In this document: in pieces, positions 50,635 to 60,151 of the stretch
How the letters are laid out: every line of letters begins with the position of its first letter
Numbering within the stretch: position 1 is the first letter of the stretch
Assembly: GCA_009837445.1 (NCBI GenBank)
Contig: VXTM01000004.1
Coordinates: 4,642-68,641 of the forward strand
Source of the DNA: Acidimicrobiaceae bacterium
GTDB taxonomy: Bacteria; Actinomycetota; Acidimicrobiia; Acidimicrobiales; Aldehydirespiratoraceae
Reading direction: 5' to 3'
DNA length: 64,000 nucleotides
Program-made: the position numbers and the translations under genes
The notes under the pieces: generated by a model
Seen by the model: only the letters and a program-made list of their open reading frames with translations
Databases searched by the model: none
What the model was told of the DNA's origin: nothing

Positions 50635-50664
50635 GTCGGCCGGACCGGTACCGGTCCGGCTGAC
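50635..50664 (+). terminator. GC-rich palindromic hairpin after the lipoprotein gene (I-shaped terminator candidate)
   Basis: GCCGGACCGGTACCGGTCCGGC is a perfect 22-nt palindrome (50639-50660), extendable to 50635-50664. It lies 35 nt after the stop and has no clear U-tract. Confidence 0.55.
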
Positions 50665-50708
50665 CCATACCAGTTTCGCAGGCGTTGTGCGCCTGTAATC
50701 CTCTGGCG

Positions 50709-53003
50709 ATGGTCGTAGCACCGCTAACCGGTCTCCGCGTCCTGCAGCTCAGCGGCGGGATCGAGGTGGCCTATTGCACCAAGATCCTCGCCGACGCGGG
50801 GGCGGATGTGGTGTTCGTCGAGCCTGCGGGCGGTCACGAGTTGCGCCATCGCAGCATCACAGGGGCTGATCTGGGCGGGCGATCAGGTCCGCTGTTCGAG
50901 TACCTGCACTGCTCCAAGCGGGGTCTGGAGGATCCCGGCGAGGAGCTGCAGGCCCTCTACGAACTCAGCGACGTTGTGGTGGCCGACCGTCTCGACGACT
51001 CGTGGGAGTCGCTGCATGAGCGCTTCCCCCATCTCAGCGCGGTGGTCGTCACACCGTTCGGGATGGAGGGTCCTTGGTCGTCGCGGCCCGCGTCGGACCT
51101 CACGCTGCAGGCCGCTTCCGGCGGCATGGCGCCGCGGGGCGCTCCCGGCCGGGCTCCCCTGATGGTGGGTGGCGAACCCAGCTACTGGTTCGCGGGCTCG
51201 GTGGCGGCCGTGAGCTTGCTCGGAGTGCTCGACCGGACGCGCTCGACCGGCGCCGGCGAGTTGATCGACGTCTCGTTGCTGGAGACCACCCACCTCGAGC
51301 ACGGCATGTACCCGGTGACGTTCCACTCGATGGCGGGCCGTCCGTTCCAGACCAGCCGCGGCGTGCCGGTCCCCGGCATCGAACCCACCCAGGACGGGTG
51401 GGTGGGGTTCTTCGTCATCACCGGCCAGCAGTGGCTCGACTTCTGCGCGCTGATCGGCAGACCCGAATGGCAGCAGGACGAGTCGCTGTTCATCGCGGTC
51501 GAGCGCAGGCTGCGGGCCGGACAGCTCCAAGGCCCCATCCGCGACTGGACCCGGGAGCGCACCACCGACGAGATCGTGGAGACCGCGTCGCTGATGAGGA
51601 TCCCGGTCGCGCCTATCGGCTCGGGTGAGACGGTCACGGGCATCGACCACTTCGTGGCCGAGGAGTGGTTCGTGCGCCATCCCGATGGCTTCGCCCAGCC
51701 CCGGCGACCGTATCGCTTCGGCCGCGAGCCCATCGCTGCGCCGGTGCCGGCCCATTCCTTGAGCAGCGCAGAGCAACTTGGCTGGGAGCGGCGGCCCCAC
51801 CGGCCCCGGACCGGAGGGGCATCAGGGGATCTTCCCCTTGAGGGCATACGGGTCGCCGACTTCACCGGCTTCTGGGCGGGACCGATGGCCAGTGCGATCC
51901 TCGCCGGGCTGGGCGCCGACGTCATCCACCTGGAGGGCCCCAAGCGCCCCGACGGCATCAGGATGAACACGCTTCGCTCGATGAGGGAGCCGCAGTGGTG
52001 GGAGTGGTCGCCGCTGTTCTGCGGCGCCAACACCAACAAGCGTGGCCTGTGCATCGACCTGTCAACCCCTGAGGGGCACGGGGCGGCGTTGCGGCTGCTC
52101 GGCAGGTGCGACGTGATGTTCGAGAACTTCAGCCCCCGCGTGGTGGAGCAGCTCGGGCTGGCGCCGGACGCGGTGCTGGGTGCCAACCCGCGGATCGTGA
52201 TCGTGCGGATGCCGGCGTTCGGGCTGGAAGGACCGTGGCGGGACCGGGTGGGGTTCGCCCAGACGATCGAGCAGTCCTGCGGTCTCGCCTTCCTGACCGG
52301 CTACGAGGGCGAGGCCCCTCTCATTCCCAACGGCATGTGCGATCCGCTGGCCGGGGTGCACGGCGCGATCGCAGCCCTGGTGGCGCTGGCCGAGCGGGCC
52401 CGCAGCGGTGCCGGACCGGTGGTGGAGGCGCCGATGGTCGGTGCCGGTCTGGCGGTGGCCGCCGAACAGGTCGTGGAGTACTCGGCCTTCGGGAACCTGC
52501 AACGCTCGATGGGCAACTCGTCGCCCCTGATGTCCCAGCAGGTCTGGCGAGGCGCGGGCGACGACGAGTGGATCGCCGTCAGCCTGCCCGATCGGCAGGC
52601 CGTGCGGGCCGCCCTCGCGGTCTGCGGAGGCGATGATCTCGCCGATCTTGAGCGCTGGTGCGCAGCCCGCCCGGCCGAGGAGGCCGCCGAAATGCTGCTG
52701 GACCAGGGTGTACCTGCGGCCCGCGTGCAGTGGGCCCAGGAGGTTGTCGACAGCCCGCAACTCCAGCATCGGGGGTTCTTCGAGCAGCTCGACCATCCGC
52801 TGTGCGGCCGGCACACCTACATCTCGTGGCCTGCCCGTTTCAGCGCGGGACCGCAGGCGTGGAACCGGGCTGCATCGCCCACTATGGGGCAGCACAACCA
52901 CGAGATCCTCACCGAACTGGGCTATGACGAAGCCGCAATCGACCGCCTGCGGAGCCAGGGTGTGATCTCCGAGGGGGTACTCACCGACCAGCACGGCTGG
53001 TGA
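50709..53003 (+). CDS. tandem-fused family III (CaiB/BaiF-type) CoA-transferase, two domains in one chain
   Basis: Two N-terminal-type segments, LTGLRVLQLSGGIEVAYCTKILADAGADVV and LEGIRVADFTGFWAGPMASAILAGLGADVI. The second half keeps the CDPLAGVHGA Asp context; the first has GGEPSYWFAGS at the equivalent place. Confidence 0.85.
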   Translation: MVVAPLTGLRVLQLSGGIEVAYCTKILADAGADVVFVEPAGGHELRHRSITGADLGGRSGPLFEYLHCSKRGLEDPGEELQALYELSDVVVADRLDDSWESLHERFPHLSAVVVTPFGMEGPWSSRPASDLTLQAASGGMAPRGAPGRAPLMVGGEPSYWFAGSVAAVSLLGVLDRTRSTGAGELIDVSLLETTHLEHGMYPVTFHSMAGRPFQTSRGVPVPGIEPTQDGWVGFFVITGQQWLDFCALIGRPEWQQDESLFIAVERRLRAGQLQGPIRDWTRERTTDEIVETASLMRIPVAPIGSGETVTGIDHFVAEEWFVRHPDGFAQPRRPYRFGREPIAAPVPAHSLSSAEQLGWERRPHRPRTGGASGDLPLEGIRVADFTGFWAGPMASAILAGLGADVIHLEGPKRPDGIRMNTLRSMREPQWWEWSPLFCGANTNKRGLCIDLSTPEGHGAALRLLGRCDVMFENFSPRVVEQLGLAPDAVLGANPRIVIVRMPAFGLEGPWRDRVGFAQTIEQSCGLAFLTGYEGEAPLIPNGMCDPLAGVHGAIAALVALAERARSGAGPVVEAPMVGAGLAVAAEQVVEYSAFGNLQRSMGNSSPLMSQQVWRGAGDDEWIAVSLPDRQAVRAALAVCGGDDLADLERWCAARPAEEAAEMLLDQGVPAARVQWAQEVVDSPQLQHRGFFEQLDHPLCGRHTYISWPARFSAGPQAWNRAASPTMGQHNHEILTELGYDEAAIDRLRSQGVISEGVLTDQHGW

Positions 53004-53043
53004 ACGCCGACACTCGGGCTTTCCGGAGGCGGCATCACCGGCG

Positions 53044-53060
53044 ATTCAGTACACTCAAAA
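53044..53060 (+). promoter_or_regulatory. AT-rich box ATTCAGTACACTCAAAA (-10-like TACACT)
   Basis: Lies 31-47 nt upstream of the acyl-CoA dehydrogenase ATG at 53091 and belongs to the same motif family. Confidence 0.4.
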
Positions 53061-53090
53061 TGGCTGGAGCGCCGATTCTGGGGGCCGTCA

Positions 53091-54233
53091 ATGGAGTTCG
53101 ACTGGACCGAGGAGGATCTGTCCTATCGGTCGGAGCTTCGGGACTTCCTCGCGGAGGAGCTGCCGGGACGGTGGGAGGGCGCCACCGCCGTGCTGGGCTC
53201 GGCCGACAATGCCGAGTACTCCCGACGCTTCGCCGGGCTGCTCGCCGAGAAGGGATGGCTGACACCCCACTGGCCAACCGAGTGGGGCGGAACGGGAGCC
53301 ACGCCCTGGATGCTGGCCGTGCTGGGCGAGGAGTTGTGGTCCCGGGGCGAGCCCCGCGGCCCCCAGTACATGAACGTCAACTGGATCGGCCCGTCGATAA
53401 TGGCCCACGGCACGCCCGAGCAGTGCCAGCGGTACCTGCCCCCCATCGCGGCCGGGGACGTGATCTGGTGCCAGGGGTTCTCCGAGCCTGAGGCTGGGAC
53501 CGACCTGGCGTCGCTGCGGACCCGGGCCGTGCTCGACGGCGACGACTACGTGGTCAACGGGTCCAAGATCTGGACCTCCTACGGCGACATCGCCGATCAC
53601 TGCTACCTGCTGGTGCGCACCGACGCCCAGGCGGAGCGCCACCTTGGCATCTCCGTCCTGCTCATGGCCATGGACTCTCCCGGCCTGGTAGTGCGTCCCA
53701 TCCCGGGGATGGTGGGCGAGCACTCCTTCACCGAGTTGTTCCTCACCGATGTGCGGATCCCGGTCGCCAACCGGCTCGGACCGGAGAACGAGGGGTGGAG
53801 CGTGGTGCGCGAAGCGCTGTCGTTCGAGCGGGTGGGGGCGCCCCGCTGGGCCCGGGCCGCTCATGTGCTCGACGAGACGGTGAGGGATGCGATGGAGCAG
53901 GGCCGGTCGATCGATCCGGTGACTGTCGAGGCCGTAGGCGTGGCCAAGACCGCCTGCGAGGCGGCCCGCATGCTCTGCTACCGCGTTATCGACGAGCGGG
54001 CCCGAGACCTCCCACCGTCGCCCCACGCCAACGTAGCTCGGGTGGCGATGGTGCAAGCCGAGAGGCTGGTGGCCGACGCCTGTGCGGCCCTCCAGGGCAA
54101 CGAGATCATGCGTTACGGATCCGACTCCGACCTCCAGATGCGCAAGTCGCTGGCCGCGGGCGTTGCGGCCGGGACCTACGAGGTGCAGCTCAACCTGGTG
54201 TCGCGCCGCCACCTGCGCCTGCCCAAGAACTGA
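53091..54233 (+). CDS. acyl-CoA dehydrogenase (full length)
   Basis: 380 aa. WCQGFSEPEAGTDLAS, GSKIWTS, and a C-terminal GTYEVQLNLV (catalytic Glu context). Confidence 0.9.
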   Translation: MEFDWTEEDLSYRSELRDFLAEELPGRWEGATAVLGSADNAEYSRRFAGLLAEKGWLTPHWPTEWGGTGATPWMLAVLGEELWSRGEPRGPQYMNVNWIGPSIMAHGTPEQCQRYLPPIAAGDVIWCQGFSEPEAGTDLASLRTRAVLDGDDYVVNGSKIWTSYGDIADHCYLLVRTDAQAERHLGISVLLMAMDSPGLVVRPIPGMVGEHSFTELFLTDVRIPVANRLGPENEGWSVVREALSFERVGAPRWARAAHVLDETVRDAMEQGRSIDPVTVEAVGVAKTACEAARMLCYRVIDERARDLPPSPHANVARVAMVQAERLVADACAALQGNEIMRYGSDSDLQMRKSLAAGVAAGTYEVQLNLVSRRHLRLPKN

Positions 54234-54235
54234 CC

Positions 54236-55153
54236 ATGGACTTCACTCTCGACTCCCACCAGGAAGCAGTGCTCGAGGCGGTACGGACGCTGCTGTCACG
54301 CCATGGCGGCCCCGCACGGCTGCATGACCTCGGCGGCGACGAACCCGGCTACGACCACGACCTCGACAAGCGCCTGGCCGAGGCGGGCTTCCTAGACATC
54401 GCGGAGCCCCGCAGCGCTTGCCGGCTGGACGCGGCCCTGGTGCTCGAGACGCTCTCGGGTGCTCTCGCGTCGTCGGCCGCCGGTTGGCGGCTGCTGGTGC
54501 TGCCGACCCTTGACGTCGATGTCGAGGGGCCTGTCGCACTGGTGGCCGAGAGCCACTCGGGACCGGCCCGCTTCGCGGCCGACGCCGACGCCCTCGTCGT
54601 GATCGGCGACGATCGCGTGCGCCTGGTGCGACCGGACCGCCGAATCCCCAGAGTCCGCTCCCGGCTGGGATGGCCCGTCGGCGAGGTGAGCGGGCTGCCT
54701 GAGGGCGGCGTGATCGACGAGGCGCCGGCAGCCGAGGTCCGTGCATGGGCCCGTGTCGCGCTGGCCACCGAGATGGTCGGAGCCATGCAGTTCGCCCTCG
54801 ACATCACCGTCCGGCATGTGAGCGACCGGCGCCAGTTCGACCGGGCGATCGGCTCGTTCCAGGCGGTCCAGCACGGCCTGGCCGAGTGCTCGGTTGCGGT
54901 CGAGGGAGCCCGCTGGCTCGCCCTGGAGGCAGCCTTCACCGGCGCGGCCAGCACCGCAGCCGCGGCGCTCACCCAGGCATCCGAAGCCTCCAAGCTGATC
55001 TTCAGGAGGACCCACCAGTATCACGGAGCCATGGGATTCACCAGGGAGTACGACCTGCACCTGTCCACCCTGAGGCTGCTGGCGCTGCGCAGCGAGGCCG
55101 AGAGCCTCGGACGGCCGGCGGCCGCCTGCGCTCACGAGCATTGGGGCATCTGA
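54236..55153 (+). CDS. acyl-CoA dehydrogenase-like protein, short form (about 305 aa)
   Basis: The ATG at 54236 lies inside ORF 53795..55153. RQFDRAIGSFQAVQHGLAE and HGAMGFTREYDLH C-terminal-domain motifs. The N-terminal part is shortened. Confidence 0.75.
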   Translation: MDFTLDSHQEAVLEAVRTLLSRHGGPARLHDLGGDEPGYDHDLDKRLAEAGFLDIAEPRSACRLDAALVLETLSGALASSAAGWRLLVLPTLDVDVEGPVALVAESHSGPARFAADADALVVIGDDRVRLVRPDRRIPRVRSRLGWPVGEVSGLPEGGVIDEAPAAEVRAWARVALATEMVGAMQFALDITVRHVSDRRQFDRAIGSFQAVQHGLAECSVAVEGARWLALEAAFTGAASTAAAALTQASEASKLIFRRTHQYHGAMGFTREYDLHLSTLRLLALRSEAESLGRPAAACAHEHWGI

Positions 55154-56085
55154 TGAGCCTCGACCTCTCCTACCGCTCCGAGCAAGAGGAACTGGCCCGG
55201 TCGGTCGACGGGCTGTGCCGTCGTTGCGGCACCGGAGCCGGCTTCACCGACTCCGACCCGCTGCCCGAGCAGTACTGGCGCGGCCTGGCAGAACTCGGCG
55301 TGCTCGGGCTGGGCACCGCCGCCGGAGGGGGCGGAGCACTGGAGATCGCGGCGTGCATGGAGCAGCTCGGAGCCCATGGCGCACCGGGACCGCTGGTCGG
55401 CACCTTCACCGCCGGCGCGCTGCTCGACCCCTCCGAGATGGAGCCGATCTCAGGAGGGCGCCAGCTCGCCAGCGTCGGCCAGCCGCCACTGTTGCCGTGG
55501 GCCGCCCAAGCGGGCGTGTTCGTCGAGATCGACTCCTCGGAGGCCTGGCTCAGCCGGCCCGTCAGTGCCCCGGAGCCGGTCGACACCACCGCGGGCGAGC
55601 CCTGGGGGCGGACCGAGCTGGAGAGGCTGCGGCCGCTGGGCGACGCGACCACGGCGGTCGCGCTGGGCCAGACCGCGGCCGCGGCCTACCTGGCCGGAGC
55701 GGCCCAGAATCTCGTCGAGATCGCCAGCCAGTACGCCAAGGACAGGGTCCAGTTCAACCGGCCGATTGCCACCTTCCAGGCCATCTCCCATCCCCTGGCC
55801 TCATGCTCGGTGGCGGTGTCGGCGTCCCGGATACTGGCTCGGGCTGCGGCCTGCGCCCTCGACAACCGCGACCCGGACGCGCCGGCCGCCGCCGCCCGAG
55901 CCCGCCTGTCCGCGACGGCCTCGGCAACTGCCGCCGCCTACCAGGCCCACCAGACCTTCGGCGCCATCGGCTTCACCATCGAGGGTCCGGTAGCCCACGT
56001 GAGCCTGCGGATCCGCCAGCTGTCGCTGCAGCCCGTCCCCCAGGCGTCGGCTCGCGCCCACGTTCTGGAGAGCCTCGGAATCTGA
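55153..56085 (+). CDS. acyl-CoA dehydrogenase-like protein, short form (about 310 aa)
   Basis: The ATG at 55153 overlaps the upstream stop by one base (TGA 55151-55153, shared A). DRVQFNRPIATFQAISHPLAS and FGAIGFTIEG motifs. Confidence 0.75.
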   Translation: MSLDLSYRSEQEELARSVDGLCRRCGTGAGFTDSDPLPEQYWRGLAELGVLGLGTAAGGGGALEIAACMEQLGAHGAPGPLVGTFTAGALLDPSEMEPISGGRQLASVGQPPLLPWAAQAGVFVEIDSSEAWLSRPVSAPEPVDTTAGEPWGRTELERLRPLGDATTAVALGQTAAAAYLAGAAQNLVEIASQYAKDRVQFNRPIATFQAISHPLASCSVAVSASRILARAAACALDNRDPDAPAAAARARLSATASATAAAYQAHQTFGAIGFTIEGPVAHVSLRIRQLSLQPVPQASARAHVLESLGI

Positions 56086-56116
56086 CCAACCATCCGGCAA
56101 CGAGAGGAGAACGGCA

Positions 56117-56941
56117 ATGTCCGTCGACCTGACCCAACCGATCGAGGGCCTCATCTACGAGCGCCGCGACCATGTGGCCCACATCACCATCAACCGGCCC
56201 GAGCGCGGCAACGCGCTGCACGGCTCCATGATCGAACCGGTCAAGGCGATCTGGGCCGAAGTGCGCGAGGACCCCTGGATCCGGTGCGCCATCGTCACCG
56301 CCGCCGGGAGCCGCCACTTCTGCACCGGAGCCGACATGGGAGCGGTGGCGGCCCGGGGCAAGGTCAAGGCGGGCAAGGGCCCGCTGACCGACGAGGTGTT
56401 CTGGTCGCCGAGGCAGAACCGGGTATGGAAGCCCGTCATCTGTGCGGTCAACGGCACAGTGGCATCGGCAGGGCTGCACTTCGTGGTGGACGCCGACATC
56501 GTGGTGTCCTCCAACAAGGCCACGTTCCTGGACACCCACGTCAACGTGGGCATGGTCGGCGCGGTGGAGAACATCGGGCTGGCCAAGCGCCTGCCTCTCG
56601 GCTCGGCGCTGCGGATGACGTTGTGCGGCAAGTCCTACCGCATGTCGGCCGAGCGGGCCTACCAGCTCGGGATGGTGGACGAGCTGGCCGAGCCCGAGGA
56701 GCTGATGAACGTGGCGGAGGAGATCGCCCAGCAGATCTGCGCCAACTCGCCGGCCGCGGTATCGCTGTCCCAGCAGGCCATCTGGAGCTCCATCGAGATG
56801 GGCTACCGCGACAGCCTCGAGTACGGCTGGGCGCTGCTGCGGATGCACTGGGACCACCCCGACATCAAGGAGGGGCCCAAGGCGTTCGTCGAGAAACGGG
56901 CCCCGGTGTGGTACACGGGCGAGGAAGACGAAGAGGAGTAG
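56117..56941 (+). CDS. enoyl-CoA hydratase/isomerase (crotonase) family protein
   Basis: ITINRPERGNAL, FCTGADM and AVNGTVASAGLHF oxyanion-hole segments. SD GAGAGGAG. Confidence 0.9.
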   Translation: MSVDLTQPIEGLIYERRDHVAHITINRPERGNALHGSMIEPVKAIWAEVREDPWIRCAIVTAAGSRHFCTGADMGAVAARGKVKAGKGPLTDEVFWSPRQNRVWKPVICAVNGTVASAGLHFVVDADIVVSSNKATFLDTHVNVGMVGAVENIGLAKRLPLGSALRMTLCGKSYRMSAERAYQLGMVDELAEPEELMNVAEEIAQQICANSPAAVSLSQQAIWSSIEMGYRDSLEYGWALLRMHWDHPDIKEGPKAFVEKRAPVWYTGEEDEEE

Positions 56942-56967
56942 TCCCAGCGGGGCGGCCCGGCACGCTC

Positions 56968-58092
56968 ATGAACTTCGATCTCGGCCCTGAGCTGGGGGCG
57001 TTCCGGCTGGAGGTGCGGGCCTTCCTGGAGGACTTCGGGGACATCGGCGCCTTCTTCCACCACGAGGGCGCCTACGACGATGCCACCCGGCGCCTGTACC
57101 TGGCTCTGGGCGAGCGCAACTGGCTGGCGCTGGCCTGGCCCGAGGAGGTGGGCGGCGAGGGCAAGCACCCGCTGTTCGAGTTCGTGCTGTGGGACGAGAT
57201 GGCCCGCAGCCGGGCCGCCCGACCGCCGCTGGGCTCCGGGATCGTGGCCAAGACCATCATCCGGGCGGGCACCGAGGAGCAGAAGGAGCGCTTCCTGCCC
57301 GGCCTGCGAAGCGGTGAGGTCTTCTTCTCGCTGGGATACTCCGAGCCCGAGGCCGGCTCCGACCTGGCCGGCCTGCGCACCCGGGCCGTGCGCCGCGGCG
57401 ACGTCTATGTGGTGACCGGCGAGAAGCGCTGGACCTCGGGCGGTCATCGGGCCGACTACCTGTGGATGCTGTGCCGGACCGGCACTCAGGAGAGCCGGGG
57501 TCGGGGCCTGACCATCCTGATCGTCGACCGGCGTTCGCCAGGGATCACGGTCTCTCCGCTCACCGCCCTCAGCGGGGAGCGCTTCAACGAGATCTTCTTC
57601 GACGAGGTCGAGGTACCGGTGGACAACCGGATCGGCGACGAGAACGGCGGATGGCAACTGATCGGCGAGTCGCTGGCCACCGAGCGCCACGTGCAGTTCC
57701 AGCCGTCCCGCGTCCGCCGTGACTTCGACGACCTCGTCGAGTGGCTGTCGGAGCGCGGCCTGACCGGCGACCCGGTGGTCCGGTACCGGCTCAGCGACCT
57801 GGCCGTGCGGGTAGCCGAGGTTGAAGCCCTGGCCTTGGCCATGTGCGAGGCGGTGCAGGACGGCCGGGACGCCGCGGTGGAGGCGGCCGCCAACAAGCTG
57901 GCCGGCAGCGAGGTTGCCCAGGAGGTGTCCCGCCTGGCCGGCGATCTCGGCGTCCCGGACTCGGTGGTGGTGGGGTCGCAGATCGAGTACCTCTGGCGCC
58001 AGTCCATTAGCGAGACCATCGGCGGCGGCACCTCCGAGATCATGCGGGGACTGATCGCCGGCCGCGGCCTCGGCCTGCCGCTGAAGGGATAG
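56968..58092 (+). CDS. acyl-CoA dehydrogenase
   Basis: The ATG at 56968 lies inside ORF 56284..58092. GYSEPEAGSDLAG, GEKRWTS and GGGTSEIMRGLI motifs. Confidence 0.9.
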   Translation: MNFDLGPELGAFRLEVRAFLEDFGDIGAFFHHEGAYDDATRRLYLALGERNWLALAWPEEVGGEGKHPLFEFVLWDEMARSRAARPPLGSGIVAKTIIRAGTEEQKERFLPGLRSGEVFFSLGYSEPEAGSDLAGLRTRAVRRGDVYVVTGEKRWTSGGHRADYLWMLCRTGTQESRGRGLTILIVDRRSPGITVSPLTALSGERFNEIFFDEVEVPVDNRIGDENGGWQLIGESLATERHVQFQPSRVRRDFDDLVEWLSERGLTGDPVVRYRLSDLAVRVAEVEALALAMCEAVQDGRDAAVEAAANKLAGSEVAQEVSRLAGDLGVPDSVVVGSQIEYLWRQSISETIGGGTSEIMRGLIAGRGLGLPLKG

Positions 58093-58122
58093 AACTTCGG
58101 GCACGACCGTGGAGGCCTTCCG

Positions 58123-58935
58123 TTGAACCACTCATCATCCGACCCTGAAATCGACGAAGCCGTCGCCGGCCGGCCGGGCGGCTCGGTGGCGGACCGCGTC
58201 GTGATCGTGACCGGAGCGGCGCGCGGCCTCGGCCGTGACTACGCCCGCATGTTCGCGGCGGAGGGCGCCGCGGTGGTGCTGGCCGACCTGGACCAGCCGG
58301 CCGTCGAGGACGCCGTCAAGGCGATATCGGCCGAGGTGCCGAACGCCCGGCTGACCCCGGTCGCGACCGATGTCACCGACCCCGCCCAGACGGAGGCCAT
58401 GGCCGCCGCCGCGCTCGACTCTTACGGCCGCATCGACGTGCTGATCAACAACGCCGGGATCTGGGGCGATCTGGAGCCCGCTCCCGCGGTGGAGACCGCG
58501 CCGGACTACTGGGACCTGGTCATGGCCGTGAACCTGCGGGGGCCGCTGCTTTGCGCTCAGGCCGTGGTCGGTGCCATGCGGAAGGCCCGTTGGGGACGGA
58601 TCATCAACATCTCCTCGATGGGGGCCTACATGCCCGCTGGGGTCTACGGCGTCAGCAAGCTGGGACTGAACCAGCTGACCTTCGCGCTGGCCACCGAACT
58701 GGGTGCGAGCGGCATCACCGTCAACGCGGTGGCACCCGGCCCGATCGACAACGAGGCCACCCGCTCGCAGGTCCCGCCCAAGGGGATCCAGAAGATGATT
58801 GACGGCACCGCCGTCGGGCGGATGGGAACGGCCGCCGACCTCTTCGGCATGATCCGGTTCCTGGCCACCGAGGAGGCCGGCTGGATCACGGGCCAGACGT
58901 TCGGCGTCAACGGCGGATTCAGCAGTCGCCTGTAG
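58123..58935 (+). CDS. SDR-family oxidoreductase (3-hydroxyacyl-CoA dehydrogenase-like position in the cluster)
   Basis: VTGAARGLGRDYA, NNAGI and YGVSKLGL (YxxxK). TTG start 7 nt after GGAGG. Confidence 0.9.
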   Translation: MNHSSSDPEIDEAVAGRPGGSVADRVVIVTGAARGLGRDYARMFAAEGAAVVLADLDQPAVEDAVKAISAEVPNARLTPVATDVTDPAQTEAMAAAALDSYGRIDVLINNAGIWGDLEPAPAVETAPDYWDLVMAVNLRGPLLCAQAVVGAMRKARWGRIINISSMGAYMPAGVYGVSKLGLNQLTFALATELGASGITVNAVAPGPIDNEATRSQVPPKGIQKMIDGTAVGRMGTAADLFGMIRFLATEEAGWITGQTFGVNGGFSSRL

Positions 58936-58939
58936 AACC

Positions 58940-60151
58940 ATGCCCTCCGACGACGACTTCCGCCGGAGAGTGCGGTCGTTCCTGGCCCAGCACGGCCCCG
59001 CCGAGGGATGGCTGCGGGACGAGCACGGCCGGCCCCCGCCCGACGATGCCCCCAACGAGGTGCGGGTGGCCCGGGCCCGCCGGTGCCTGAGCCTGCTGTT
59101 CGAAGCGGGTCTCGGCGCGATCTCCTGGCCCCAGCGCTACGGCGGCCAGGGGTTGAGCAACCGGCATCAGGTGATCTTCAACGAGGAGGCCGCCGGCTAC
59201 GCGCTGCCGCTGGACATCTTCATCATCGGCGTCGGGATGTGCGCCCCCACCGTTCTGGCCCACGGCACCGAACAGCAGCGGACCCGCCACCTGCCGCCCC
59301 TGCTGCGCGGCACCGAGATCTGGTGCCAGCTCTTCTCCGAGCCCCAGGCCGGCTCCGACCTGGCCGGCGTGGGCTGCCGTGCCGAGCCCGACGGCGACGG
59401 CTGGTCGGTGTCGGGACAGAAGGTCTGGACCTCGGGGGCCCACAACGCCGCCTACGGCATGCTGCTGGCCCGATCCGATCCCGGCAGCTCACGCCATGCG
59501 GGGATGACCATGTTCATCGTGGACATGTCCCTCCCCGGCATCGAGATCCGTCCCCTGCGACAGATGAGCGGCGTGGCGAGGTTCAACGAGGTGTTCTTCG
59601 ACAGCTGCCGCCTGGATCAGGACGCGGCGCTCGGAGAGGTGGGCCAGGGATGGCGAACGGCCATAACGACGCTGATGAACGAGCGGGTCTCGATCGGCAC
59701 CAGCAATCCGGCCGGCTACGGGCACCCCGCGTCGGTGCTGGCTGCGGAGGCCCGCCGCCGGGGCCGCATCGACGATCCCGCCATGACCGACCGGATCTCG
59801 CAGCTGATCATCCGCGAGCGCATCACCGCCCTTCTGGGCAAGCGAGTGACCGAGGCGCTGCTCGCCGGCGTGCAGCCTGGTCCGGAGGGTTCTCTGGCGA
59901 AGCTCAGCGGTACGCAGGTGTCCAAGGAGTCGGCCGCGCTGGCCTTGGAGATTCTCGGCTCTGAGGCCGTGGCCTGGGACGCCGCCGACAGCCTGGCGGC
60001 CTCGTGGGCCACCGTGCAGTGCTCGACGCCGGGGCTGTCGATCGCCGGTGGAACCGACGAGATCATGCGCAACCTGTTGGCCGAGCGAATCCTCGGCCTC
60101 CCGCGGGAGCCCAAAATCGCGGCCCGGAACGAGCCTGGAGGGAACCTATGA
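58940..60151 (+). CDS. acyl-CoA dehydrogenase
   Basis: WCQLFSEPQAGSDLAG, GQKVWTSGA and AGGTDEIMRNLL motifs. Confidence 0.9.
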   Translation: MPSDDDFRRRVRSFLAQHGPAEGWLRDEHGRPPPDDAPNEVRVARARRCLSLLFEAGLGAISWPQRYGGQGLSNRHQVIFNEEAAGYALPLDIFIIGVGMCAPTVLAHGTEQQRTRHLPPLLRGTEIWCQLFSEPQAGSDLAGVGCRAEPDGDGWSVSGQKVWTSGAHNAAYGMLLARSDPGSSRHAGMTMFIVDMSLPGIEIRPLRQMSGVARFNEVFFDSCRLDQDAALGEVGQGWRTAITTLMNERVSIGTSNPAGYGHPASVLAAEARRRGRIDDPAMTDRISQLIIRERITALLGKRVTEALLAGVQPGPEGSLAKLSGTQVSKESAALALEILGSEAVAWDAADSLAASWATVQCSTPGLSIAGGTDEIMRNLLAERILGLPREPKIAARNEPGGNL

